Assembly (NCBI GenBank): GCA_002256025.1
Contig: NKIB01014732.1
Span: 1-41,097 of the forward strand
Length of the DNA: 41,097 nt
Direction of reading: 5' to 3'
Origin: Asterionella formosa
Taxonomy: Eukaryota
Numbering within the stretch: the first letter of the stretch is position 1; every line of letters begins with the position of its first letter. Positions 23,110 through 36,900 of the stretch are shown in pieces. A program made the position numbers and the translations under genes. Under the pieces are notes generated by a model, which was given only the letters and a program-made list of their open reading frames with translations, ran no database searches and was not told the origin of the DNA.

Positions 23110-23125
23110 TTAGGGTTAGGGTTAG
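23110..23125 (+). repeat. Interstitial telomere-like repeat (TTAGGG)2TTAG
   Basis: TTAGGGTTAGGGTTAG read directly, 20 bp after hairpin copy 2. Confidence 0.6.
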
Positions 23126-23519
23126 TGGTATTGCTTGTGATGAGACGGAGTTGTAGTTGAACAATAGTCAATCTGGTATTGATACCCGGATTTAGTAAAT
23201 ATAGGAGAATTTATTAAAATGATATGCATCATTAATTAATTATGTCATTATACCGACTTGCCGGGTTATTCTTTTGTCTCTTCTTCTGATACTGATTTGT
23301 TAGCGATTTGGGCGTGCCATCTCCGCGTTCCACTGCCATCGCCAAGACATCATTAGATTTACTTTCTTCTCATCTCACTTTGCAAAACCGACAACCGGAG
23401 AAAGGTACGCGGTCGGATGTTTTGAACTAGCGCGCTTGATCCTAATTTCAGACGCCGAGCCCCCTGATCTTACACTTGTTCTTTTTGTCGCATTTCATGA
23501 TTCAGAATCAAGAATAACC

Positions 23520-23648
23520 ATGGGAGCCATTCAAGATGCCGCTGAGTCTGCCGCCGAAAATGCTGTGTACCAAAAGGGAGGATACCCTGCTCTGATCCAA
23601 TACAAGGCTGCTCGATTCTTTAAGACTTACTGTGGATGTTGCGCCTAA
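23520..23648 (+). CDS. 42-aa microprotein MGAIQDAAESAAENAVYQKGGYPALIQYKAARFFKTYCGCCA
   Basis: Strong start context (ACCATGG), biased codons (GCC/GGA/TAC/AAG), and a plausible 5'-UTR intron AAG|GTACGC...TTCAG at 23405-23505. Confidence 0.65.
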   Translation: MGAIQDAAESAAENAVYQKGGYPALIQYKAARFFKTYCGCCA

Positions 23649-24249
23649 ATCTCATGTCGATGTTCACATTGGTTGTCCGTGTGCCATGTGTTCGTGAAGG
23701 ACATGAATCTTGGGGATTTGAGGCTAGAATAATGAATTAAAACAGCCATTCATGGCGGCACGCTTTGCCATATGTAGCTGAAAGTGATAAAAGGAACCTT
23801 GAATTTCCTTTCATGCAGGTCATGTAGAATGGCATTTTGCTATAGACCCATAGTGTGAAATTGCATAGGTTTCCCTGCTTGTCACGAATGTGTTAACTCA
23901 TGCAGCTTGGAGATATGGGCTAGCCATGTTCTGACAAGAAACTTTAATTTTCGCTTGATGTTTTCTTGGAGTATTTTTACTGGCTTCTTTGTATTCGAAA
24001 AATAACAAACTCAGCTATCTGGATTTCATCATAAGGGTCAATCTTAACAGAGATACAATTTAATTTTTATTATATCTTCAGAAGAAAATGAATCGTTACA
24101 GAGATACATTCGCAAATATCTCTCAGTAATGGCAAAACAGTTAGCTGTTTTCTTTGTGTCTTCCCAAACATGTGCATCATCCCAGACTCAAAAAAATCAG
24201 CGAAATTACAGTGATGTGGTATAACCACTCCTGCTGCACATCATCACCA

Positions 24250-24425
24250 CCTTCCACCTGCATCCAGAGTTGCCTGTCAAGACTACTGAGGCTTATGTAT
24301 GTGGTTGCAACTTCTTCACTCATGCTTTGGCTCATGAACAAGTCACAAATGAAGAGGCCAAGGAGCGTAGGACAGTCTTGGCAGAGGCGGCAGTACTGAA
24401 GAAGTATGCTGTCTATCACAGCAAT
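24250..24425 (+). pseudogene. Decayed fragment of a diatom repeat-protein gene
   Basis: Translates HPELPVKTTEAYVCGCNFFTHALAHEQVTNEEAKERRTVLAEAAVLKKYAV, resembling a repeat unit I recall from diatom proteins (HPE.PV...CGRN.F.R.SA.EQ...E..ER...LA.AA.LKK.AV). No start or intact gene context. Confidence 0.5.
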
Positions 24426-24555
24426 GTGTCGTTCGAAATTGACAGGAGTTCTTGGGGCATTCATTGACAGAGGCCTTGTTGCCACGCTTTATGTTGAGTC
24501 CTCCTTAAACGTAGCCAGTGGCACTATCCTCTTGATGTTTATCGGCTTTCTACCA

Positions 24556-25277
24556 TTGCTGTCATACGAAACAATTGTATGTAAATGACTTTTTGCTGGA
24601 ACAATCCTTGTATCCTTTCTGACTCTCTCTCTCTCATTCTTTATGCAACTCTTCATTTTTAAGATTGTCCTATTGGGCGACTCGGGCGTTGCAAAGTCTA
24701 ATCATGTCTTTCATTTTACAAAAAATGAATTCAACAAAGACTCGAAGTCAACCATCGGAGTTGAGTTTGCGACAAAGACTGTGCAGATTGAAGATAACAA
24801 ACTAGTCAAAGCACAGATCTGGGATACCGCCGGTCAAGAATGGTACCAAAGTATTGCTTTGTCATACTACAGAGGTGCTGTAGGTGCCGAATTAGTATAT
24901 GATGTTACAGACCGAAACTCATTCAACCATGTCCCGATGTGGTTCAAGGAAGTCAAAGAGAATACCGAAAAGGATTGCTTGATCATATCATGTTGATTGG
25001 AAATAAGACTGATTTGAATGACCAGCAAACCGTAACCATATTTGTCAGAGACGGACGATCCTTTGCTCGCAAGAATGGCCTTGCGTTCATGGAGATATCA
25101 GCCTTCAAGTCCACTGGAGTTGACAGAGATTTTCAAAGAATTTTCCAGGAAATTTACAAAACACAAATGAAGAAGCAAATTAAGTCAGCCAACGCGAAGG
25201 GAGAGGAATTGGAGCATGGTATGGGAGGGCAATTTCAAGCTGGCCATGGTCAAGCAATTACATTATCATACCGGTAG
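24556..25277 (+). pseudogene. RAB11: Rab11-family GTPase pseudogene
   Basis: FKIVLLGDSGVAKSN, SKSTIGVEFATK, KAQIWDTAGQE, YYRGAVGA, GNKTDL. Frameshift from an ATCAT duplication (24982-24991), damaged P-loop and switch II, no C-terminal Cys, and an intron remnant (GTATGT at ~24577) with a lost acceptor. Confidence 0.88.
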
Positions 25278-25998
25278 GCTACAAGTATTACCGGTACTGG
25301 TACCAATACCTGGTAACTGGTACCGGTACCATACCTGGTACCTGGTACCAGTTCACACAATGCATATAATGATTGTACTACATAAAATCTGCTACTTCAT
25401 ACGCACCTCATGGAATTGTAGGTGCCATACTACGTCACAGATGAGCATGGTACTTGAGCATGCATGGGCGGTAGCTATAGCACGTATCATGATGTGTTGT
25501 TGCCTACAGCATAAATACCGGTACATGCATTACCGCTATGTAAATGATCTACCAGTAGTGGACTGCTTAGACTAGCATGAACCCGGCATTTCAAATCTGT
25601 GGGAAAAATCGTCCACATCGCTTTTCCGTCCAGTTCTTGGTGAGGGAAATGAGTGTGTACCCGGTACACGAAGAAGCAAAGCAAATTATCGCAAATTGCA
25701 GGTACTTGGTACCAGGTACCAAGTACCCCTACCAGGTACCTGGTACCTGGTACCTGGTAGCAAAAATGAGCACAGGCATAGATGGTACTGTTTCTCCTCC
25801 GAAAAATCCACAAATTATTATTATGTATGATTAGTTCAGTACCTGGTAGTCTACTGTAGTATATGAATGTATGAAGGGAGCACAAGTAAGTAACAAGATC
25901 CATCGTTTGTTATAAATGTTCATCTACCGGTGTTAGTTGGTTCTTGACCGTTTTGCAATCAATTGCTCCAACCTCAGCTTCGCATAGTTCACTCGACC

Positions 25999-27536
25999 AT
26001 GAGAGTCCAAGTTGTATTGCATTTATCTGTGCTGATCCGCGCAACTTCAGGCTTTCAATCGCTTCGATTGAACCCAATCCGGTCTGTTGTTAAATGTAAC
26101 CATGTCGGAAGCCGATCATCGTACATTGTTCGCCATCAATCGGCAGCATCGCTGAAATCTACAGCTACCGAGGAAGATGGAAAGGGCCAAAGCGTTTCCT
26201 CTGCCACATTCAGTCTGATTAAATCAATAGTTGGAACTGGCGTTTTGGCACTACCCTCCGGCCTCGCGGTCATGAGCGATTCTCCTGCGGCGTGAGTATA
26301 CTTCGATAGCTAGGGATAGTTTGACATTCGCTTGACAAGTTGTCATTTGCTCCTTTCGGTCTCGATCACTAACAATCCTTCAAATATTCGAAAAGTATTT
26401 TTCCAGCAATTGGACTTATACTTGGACTTGGTGGCCTCAGTGCGTACACTTTCTATCTGATTGGTCGACTTTGCCATGCAAACGGGTCCAAAGATCTCAC
26501 TGGAATTTGGGAACTCGAAGTGGGAACGAATTCATCCTGGATCTTATCTCTGGCTACCTTCACATATTGTATGGGCGCTGCGTTGACATATTCTATTGTC
26601 TTAGGTGATACATTTCAAGCGTTGGCAGCAAGCGTTGGAGTTTCGGGAGTGTGGGGAACTCGACATGCCGCGATCCTGGCAGTTTCGCTGCTAGCCCTGT
26701 TTCCTCTGTCTCAATTACAATCTCTCACAGCTCTAGCACCCGTATCACTCGTGGGGGTGATTGGAACGGTTGTCACCTGTGTATTCATGGCAACACGATA
26801 TTTCGATTCCGCCTACCGATTTCCCAATGGGGCTTTCTTGCCAACGTTGGCCCCTCATGTACTGCCTTCCTTTGGAGCCCGAACATCCAAAGGGAGCCCA
26901 ATATCATCCTTGATTCTTGGAAGTATGTCTGCTACAGCGTTTTTGTCTCACTTCGCTGCGCCTGACTTTTTAAATCTGCTCAAGAAGGGACCATCGAGGT
27001 TGAAAGAATATGGACGACTGACTCTTCAAGCATTTAGTGGTGTTGCCTTGATCAACATCGCCATTCTTTCATTTGGATTCTTGACTTTTGGTGGAAACTC
27101 GGCCGGAGTGATACTCAACAACTACTCCAATCTTGATGTGGGTGCTTCCATTTGTCGATTGTTAATGGCTATTAGCGTCATTGGAGGCTATCCATTCCTG
27201 CTACGTGCTTGCAACAAATCGCTGGTTAACCTGTTATGGAAAGATGGAGAGGTGACAGTGCGCACAAGTCAACGGATCTCTGCCACCATACTAGCAGTCA
27301 TCACAGGATTGTCTCTTCTTCTACGAAATGCGGGGCTAGTTGTATCATTCAATGGTGCTGTCATGGGGTCTGCAATTACTTACATATTTCCAGCACTGTT
27401 GCTACTGAAGTCAAAGCAGGGAGGCCGATTTGAGCGGCTAACAAGTCCCATGCTCATAGTCTTTGGAGTTTTGGTTGCATTGATGGGCGGAAGTGTTTCA
27501 TTGATGAATGCATTTGCTCCAAACCTTTTGCATTAA
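25999..27536 (+). CDS. Amino-acid transporter (Aa_trans/AAAP family), predicted plastid-targeted; exons 25999-26291, 26396-27536
   Basis: Signal MRVQVVLHLSVLIRATSG followed by F and a transit peptide; SATFSLIKSIVGTGVLALPSG; GFLTFG...ILNNYS. The GTGAGT...CACTAAC...AAAG intron (26292-26395) restores the frame. Confidence 0.9.
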
Positions 27537-28214
27537 TTTGACACAAGAACTATACATATTCCAAGTTAAAGTTTGCCAGTGGCTTCGCCATGGATCCTGT
27601 ATAAAGGCGCTAACTCTCAGCAAACATTTTCCAAGAACGTATTTGTTGTAAGTTATTATAAAGTTTTCCCACCTGCTTCTTACTTGCAGCTTGTTCACAG
27701 GCACTCTGAGTGACTGAAAGTCCTTCTTGTTCTCCATATCTTGAAATAAGCCGAAAGAGTATGGTGAAAGATATTTCATTGTGTTACCCAGTCTAATGCA
27801 TTTTTGGGCAAGGTTTGTAATGGGCACTAATGCAGCATGTTTTCAAAGTGTTCTTTGCACTACTAGTAGGTATACAGTAGCTTCCCACTGCTATGCAAAA
27901 GCTTTGCACCTCCAGCAAACATGCATATACATTAGACTACCTGGTATGCCTCCTGGTCATTGGAATGAGGGTTATGAATTCATCACAGACAAGGATGGGT
28001 AGGCAATATATGAATTGGCTGATGTGGTAGTAGACTATCTTCCCCACCTCATCTCCTGATTTCCAGATTTCTTGGGTGCCAAGGGTTTTGACTTCCTGTT
28101 CCCAGTAAATACTCGAAGTATGCACTGGTAGCCTATATCCAAACTGTAAGTGATGAACGGAAATGTCACCCACCAAAGCATCAAATGCTATCACAAGCAC
28201 CACAACAGGAATGA

Positions 28215-28550
28215 ACAACATCTACAAAATCAAGAACAAGAGGACTGTCTTCAGTACAGACAAGTGACAACAAGTGTCTACAACAAGTGTCTGCAACAAG
28301 CATCTACAACAAGTGTCTACAACAACCAACAACCAACAACCAAGGAAGTGAAAATGATACCGGAAGATCCCATTGCCAAGAACCAACACAAGGTATAATG
28401 AGCGCCGCAACAGTAATGACATCTACGAAATCAAGAAAAAGACTGTTTTCACAACACACAACCGCCCACAACAACCAACAACCAAAAACCAACAAGCACA
28501 ATGGTACTGGAAGATCTCACTGTCAAGAACCAACACAAGCAAGGCATAAT
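28215..28550. repeat. CAA-rich tandem and direct repeats in a CpG-poor degenerate region
   Basis: CAACAAGTGTCTA-type units at ~28261-28325; ~80-bp direct repeat ~28320-28399 / ~28469-28551 (AACCAACAACCA...GGAAGATC...CAAGAACCAACACAAG). Confidence 0.7.
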
Positions 28551-29872
28551 GATAATCACACCTACGAGTTCATTAAGAAATACATTGTTAGCATAATTGT
28601 GAGAATATCCCATTTTCCGGGTTCTCAGATTTAAATTTCGATGATATGATATGAATCCGAGAGCATGGCAGTTGGTGTGTTTGTGTGGTGAGGAAATTTA
28701 TTGGCTTGGCGATCGTTGGATGAGATCTGTCATGTTCAGGGATGTTGCTGTTGGCAACAATGATGCAATCGCTATTATTGTAATTGGAATATATGATCAT
28801 GTATGTTGGTATATGTTCGGGTCTTTGGCTTTTTGGTTTGGCCTTCTATTTGAGCGAAGTGGGCGAAAGAGAAACGAAATTTTTTGCTGTCTCTGAATGT
28901 GAGCTTTCGCTCACAATAGCTTATTAGACTATCTTGTCACTGAGATCCGCCTTGTTTGCTATTTAAAACTACATTTATTTATTTGTCGGTTTTTCTCAAA
29001 CAATACTCCTTTAGCTACATTGTAGCTTCAATGGCGATTTGATTGTTTGATTGATTTTCGACTAGAAATAGTACAGCTTTCCTAGCGAATATGACATACT
29101 GTCAAACCATGATACATGAAAAATACACGACGAAGCTAGTAAATTATGCTTCCACTACTCAACCATTTACTGTAACAGTCATACATAGTCTCCAATGAAT
29201 CCAAATAGACAGGCCTGTTGCCTTTACAGGTTGTTTTTAGATCCGTAGTCGTCTTTAAAGTTACCGCCATGGTTGTTCGAAAGTCACTAGCTTTGTCGTG
29301 TTACCGGTAATTGATTTTTTGGGGTATCAAATCAATCTTCACAGGTGATTACTATGAGCTAGTCTTAAAAAGTACTAAACTGTACTATTTATAGGGATTT
29401 ATTGACAAGCCTCATCAACAAACTCGGGGAAACTAGAAAAACAAGTTTTAGCTTTAACAACCAACCCGGAAAACTGGAAAATTTTGACTACCGGTACGGT
29501 CATTGTTTGCATGTGATGATAGTGCATCAAAATTAGGACGGAAATCGTCGCGCCAAACAAGATTTCCGATCACGACACATAAGTACATGAATACATTGGT
29601 TGTTTAAAATATAAAATTTGTGTTAGCTATATATACGAAAACATTGATAAAGGACGGTTTGGACTCTTGGGAAAACAATGCTAATGAATGCTGGATCATC
29701 TTATTAAAGGATAAATATTTTTTATTTGTATTCGTTCATTCGGTCAGCCTAACAAAAAGTCGGGCCTTTTTTCATTATTAAAAAGATCAAAAAAAAACGA
29801 ATACAGGTACCGGTAGTATATCCTTTCGTTCGTCGCCCTAGCATCCTGCATTTCGTAGCCACTCGCGTCGCA

Positions 29873-30775
29873 ATGTCTAAAGCTACGATCATCTCTGAGG
29901 CCTTCGGTGAAGATGCCAATCTCTATGAAATTCTCGGTGTCAACAAAGATGCTACATTAGCCCAACTACGCAAAGCATATTACAGAAAGGCTCTGACATG
30001 TCATCCTGACAAGGCCTTAGGGAAAGAACAAGAGTTTCAAGGACTATCAGTTGCTTACGAAATCCTCAAGAACCCAGAAAGCCGAGCAGAGTACGACGAA
30101 AATGGCGAACTCGTCGATGAAGAAGAACTCAATGCTACCGAATTCGATGCTTGGAAGTCCTACTTTGATAACATTTTTGGGGGAATTACAACAACTCAGA
30201 TAGATAAATTTGCCGAAAAATACAAGTGCTCAGAAGAAGAGGAGCAAGATGTTTTAAAATACTATCAGCAATTTCAGGGAGATCTGGTGAAAATGTTGGA
30301 AAGTGTCATGTTGTCTTCTGAACGTGATACCAAACGATGGGTTGAAGACTTCATTCGGCCTGCCATAGAGGATGGTCGAGTTCCTGATTACAGCAAGACA
30401 GTAGAAAAGACACTTAGAAAATGTTTGAAAGTTGTTGAAGTTCCCGAAGAAGACAAGGTCAGAGTTGCTGACTTGTGTGGCGACGAAGGAGATTCCACTG
30501 AATCGGAAGACAGCCAGCCACAAAGGAAACGACCTGTATCAAAGAAGAAATCTTTTCCCAGGAAGAGGAAAACAACCAAGAAGCAACGAGAGGCTGACGA
30601 TGCGGATGCTCTCCTTGCCAAGATAAGAGGAAAAAATTCTCTTGCAAAAAGGAAAGAAGGCTTCAACAGTTTGCTCTCCGGACTTGCCAGCAAATATGGA
30701 GGCATCGATGACGACCCCTTGGATGATGAAGAGTTTGAAAGGATCCAAAAAGGAATGACGAAGAGAAAGAAATAG
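29873..30775 (+). CDS. DNAJC9: DnaJ-domain co-chaperone, DNAJC9-like
   Basis: J-domain LYEILGV...HPDK...AYEIL; YKCSEEEEQDVLKYYQQFQGD; basic NLS-like stretch; C-terminal FNSLLSGLASKYG. Confidence 0.82.
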   Translation: MSKATIISEAFGEDANLYEILGVNKDATLAQLRKAYYRKALTCHPDKALGKEQEFQGLSVAYEILKNPESRAEYDENGELVDEEELNATEFDAWKSYFDNIFGGITTTQIDKFAEKYKCSEEEEQDVLKYYQQFQGDLVKMLESVMLSSERDTKRWVEDFIRPAIEDGRVPDYSKTVEKTLRKCLKVVEVPEEDKVRVADLCGDEGDSTESEDSQPQRKRPVSKKKSFPRKRKTTKKQREADDADALLAKIRGKNSLAKRKEGFNSLLSGLASKYGGIDDDPLDDEEFERIQKGMTKRKK

Positions 30776-31243
30776 CTCAGATTTTTAAAGAAATGAGAAC
30801 AGCTTGTCATATCAACTCAATGTATAGCCGCAGAAAGTTAGAGCCAAAACAATTTCCAAATATTGATAATACAACGGAACGACACATGAGGTAAGGAACA
30901 AAAAAAGCAAGGGAATGAGAAAAATGGTGCTTTTTATGTAATGCCATCCGATGAATCTTGATTTGAGCGCTCATGGTCTAATTTCGATCTAGGCCTTAGC
31001 GAGCATATTAATTCCATGAACATTGCATTTTCCTTGATAAAATAGTTGCTCATTTCTTAAGTTATCCTTTTGCAGGTGGCAACGGCACAAGATTGACCAT
31101 ATGAAAGTAAAATTGAAGAAATTTTGCTAAACGCAAATTAGTACAATATCTAAATTTTAGAAGAGTGAAAAATGACTCCTTTGTTGCTCCTAATTGTCAC
31201 TAGTTACTGGTCTAGTTTTCCAAGGTAGTTTTTACATATCTAG

Positions 31244-33038
<1,795 letters not shown>

Positions 33039-33998
33039 CTATACCTCACAGAACACTGAAAATATTTTACTCCCTGTGGAATAATAATTAGGAAGATTAT
33101 ACTCCGTATATATATTATATATATATATATTGATGTACGGCAGTATCGGAGAATACCGGTACCGGGTACTTTCGTTGCGATGACGTGAGAATGAGACTAC
33201 CGTATTGCCCTTACCCGTATTAGTGGTTCCGGTAGTTTTATTATTGTAATAAAATAAATAATAACAGATCGAGAGTGATGTTGCGATCTACAAGTACCGG
33301 TGTCTATGATAGATGACTCGACACCTTTCGTTGAAAACAGGAGTCAACCTATTTCTCCAATGATTATTTGAGGACGAAGCGTTGCTATTGATCAAGCTGC
33401 ACTTCTATTTAATCGTGTGTTGTAAGAGGCAGTATAGCAGTGACTGATTACTTTGAGCCTCCCGTATTGGTGTTTTGTTGACGCCAACGATATCCAATGA
33501 AGCAAACCCTCGATCTTTTCGGAGGCTTCTCTATATTTTATTGTAACAATCTACACGTGTCAACACAAATACCGAATACCGGTAGGTACCGGTTTATGTA
33601 GCTAAGCAAAAAAAATAGGGGGCTGTTGAAATTATTTGCGCGGCCCTCCTCCAACAATTATATTACTGGCGACAGGGATACATGCTAAATATGATTACGT
33701 AGATGTTGGATCTACACACGTTAGGATGGCTTATTGGTAGGTACTTACAACGAAAAATAAATTCTTCTGCTCTCCGCAGAAAATATTCTTTGTTAGCTTT
33801 AACATGTATAATGTTGGCAATGAATACCCAAGAATTATTCAGTCCCAAAATGGAGTGAGCAATAGCAAGCATTGACAACACAACAATACAATAAGGTACT
33901 CCGGATTATCATGTTTCTCTATTTTACATAGGAGGCCGTGATTGTGTACGATGTGGGAATCTATGCACGTAGTTTAAGAATAGAGCAAGAAGGACTTA

Positions 33999-36900
33999 TC
34001 AATGGTTGTAAAAGAAGTAGTCGTATGAGAATGACATCGACATGGACATGGACATTTCATTGTAGATTGTTGGATTCTCTGTCACTGTTGGTGAGCGAGT
34101 GGGCAATGCCAGCGACGAGGGCATAAAACTTGGGTTGATCGAATTTGACAAAATACTTGGTTTCAATGTGTTGGATGGTGAATTAGAAGGAATTGGTGAT
34201 GAAACAGTTGGTGCCGATGAGTTCATTGGGGTTGGGCCAAATGTTGCAGTGGGTATGAACGTCGGTACCTCCATGTTTGTCGGGGTCTCAGTCGACGTCG
34301 GCCTCTCAGAGGTGGATGGTTTTGACGTTAATGTTGGAGGTCCAGTCATCGTCGGTACCTCTGTTATAGAGGGTTGCTCAGTGTCGGCCAGAGTTGGTTG
34401 CTCTGTGGTTGTTGGCTTCGAAGTTGGAAGACTTGGAGTTGACGTAGGCCCTATTGAGGGTTGGTTTTCGACAGGCGATGGCGCCTCGGTGATATCAATA
34501 ACCCCATTTGGATTCGCCGTATTGGATGGCATTCCAGTATATGTCGGAGTTTCTGATGGTTGACCAGTATTCGTTGGTCTCGAAGTCCCTGTTGGGGCTT
34601 GACTTTGGATTGTAGGGTCGTCCGGTATCGTTGGTGTTGAGCTAGGTGCGTCACTTTCTGCACATACTGGGGGGAGACTTATGCTGGGACTTGATGTCGG
34701 GACATCTTGAAAAGCAATATCCACAACGGCGCATTTTTCTGCCATGAAAACTGTACAAGCGCGACCACATATTGCATCGATCTCGTCAGCTGTAGAAAGA
34801 ATGCCATTACAAAGGGTATTACCAATGCCAAAATTACCAGAATCACGAATGAAAGTTGAATTATCTTGAAGGTTAATGGCTCCTCCCTTGCCTTTTCCTC
34901 CTGCTTGGTTGTTAACGAAACAAGATTTCAAAACGGAAATTTCCCCTTTTTCCAGGATTCCAATTGCCCCCGACTCTCCAACGTTTTGGACAAATACTGT
35001 GTTTTGAACAAATAGTTTACCGCCAACGTTCAACACCGCACCATTTACAACGTTGTTGTCAGTGAAATTACTTTGTAAAATTTCCACCGTCATGGAATTA
35101 CTTAATATACGCGAGGAACGCTGAAGAATCAACAATGCCGACGTTCCTTCGTTGCCTCTCCATTCGCAGTCCACAAACGAAACTGTAGACGTTTCTGTCC
35201 CCGCAGCATGAACTGATATGCCCATCGAATTAATAAATGTTACTCCAAGGAATTTTACATTGGAAACTGTGCCGCGAATCAAAAATTGATTAATGCCACC
35301 CGAAACGGTGCAATTGAAGCGTCGCTCCCCTTCGTTTCCACACTGAATAATGATATCACTGGTGAAAATTGCAATGGGAGAAACAGACAATTGAGGGAAG
35401 GCGCTAACATCGAAAAGTGAGTCCGAGCAAAGAGTAAATATTCCTCCTGTGTCTGTTTCGGATGCTTTTTGAATCGCATGGGACAAAGTGTCCCATTCCG
35501 CAAAGCAGAGAAGATTCGGTGCGCTGGACGGATTTGGCGATGAGAACTGCTCTGATGGCTGCGTTGTTGGAGCCGTTGATGGCGCAGACGTTGGGAGCAA
35601 CTCAGACAACACGCAGGTATTGGCATCAAAAGGGATACACATTACATTGTCAACTTCAATTAATGCTATTTCAGTACAGCTGACATTTGCAGAGACACTG
35701 TTTCCTCTGCCGAAGTTGCCTTCAGCTTTTACGAGCGTCGAGTTTCTATCAAGAAGGATAGTACCCGGTCCCGCCTTCGCTGTATTTGACAGGAAGCACG
35801 AATCTGACACAGAAAGCAATCCGCTGTCACGAACAACAATTGCACCGACTTCTCCCTCATTGTTGATGAATAGACTCAGTTTGACATTCAAGTTCCCCCC
35901 AAAATTGACAAGTGGTGCAATTTCAAAGTCATTGTCGCTAATAGTGCAATTCCGAAGTCGGACACTCATGGCCTCCCCTTGTTTCGGCAATAACGTTGTG
36001 TTGATGGTCGCTGACATATCCAATTTCCCACCATACAGAAAAATCGCGGATGTACCTATTCCTTTTGAAAACGTACAATCGGAAAACGTGGCACTTGCTT
36101 TACTATCCCCCAAAGCTCGAATAACGACTCCTCTTGAGCCTACAAACTTCAATCCTCTGAATTCAACTTGAGCAGCCGATTTCACAATCTCAAATTGAGA
36201 CTTGCCTCCGAAGATGACACAATTATCATCAGCACTGCCATTAATACCGCATTGAATAATGATGCCATCTATGCCCACAACAATCGGCGTAATAGTCAAC
36301 TGAGGGAAAAAATCCACGTTCATGAAAGTGTTGGAACATATGGTGAAAATGGTACTAACATCAGATGAGGAAGCCAATCCAACAGCAGCAGAAAGTGCAT
36401 CCCACTCAGCAAAGCACCCAATGGATGATGGACTTTGACTCAGTGAAAATGAAGGGACCTCTGAGGGAGCATCTGAAACTATGATTGCTGAAGGTGTCAA
36501 TGTTGGAGGTGACACAATATCAGTTGCTAAACAGCGTTTGGATTGAAGTGGGAGACACGTGCCACCGCATGTATCTGTATTAACAATGCAGGATCCACTG
36601 CTTTCAGAAAATACCTCATTGCAGTTTACCACGGTCGTCGAGTTGTTCCTTTCTCCGAAATTGTTTTTGTTACTAAGAAGAATCGAACCCGCTTGTACAA
36701 AGGCGATGCCAGGAAGGTTGTCGCTTTTTACATTAATGAAACAAGACTTTACCAAATCCACACTTCCCTTAAACAAAGTGACAATTGCTCCTCCAGCTGC
36801 CACGATTTCAGTGAATAGAGTTCCGTCAACAAACAGAATACCATTGAAATTGCTGATCGACGCGAAAGTCACGACGTTGCCGATAATTGTGCAGTTAACC

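Noticed and set aside
22966..23110. Hammerhead ribozyme suggested by GAAA, a long stem and CTGATGA (23099-23105) next to TTAGGG
   Set aside because: Stems I and II cannot be formed convincingly, and hairpin copy 1 has no CTGANGA.
22188..23113. Similar ORFs 22226-22438(-) and 22745-23113(+)
   Set aside because: Their similarity only reflects the inverted arms; there is no coding signature.
25216..25903. ORFs rich in YLVPGTWY
   Set aside because: Translation artefacts of the TACC/GGTA palindromes.
27498..28896. Several short ORFs on both strands
   Set aside because: Low-complexity, CpG-poor repeat region with no recognisable domains.
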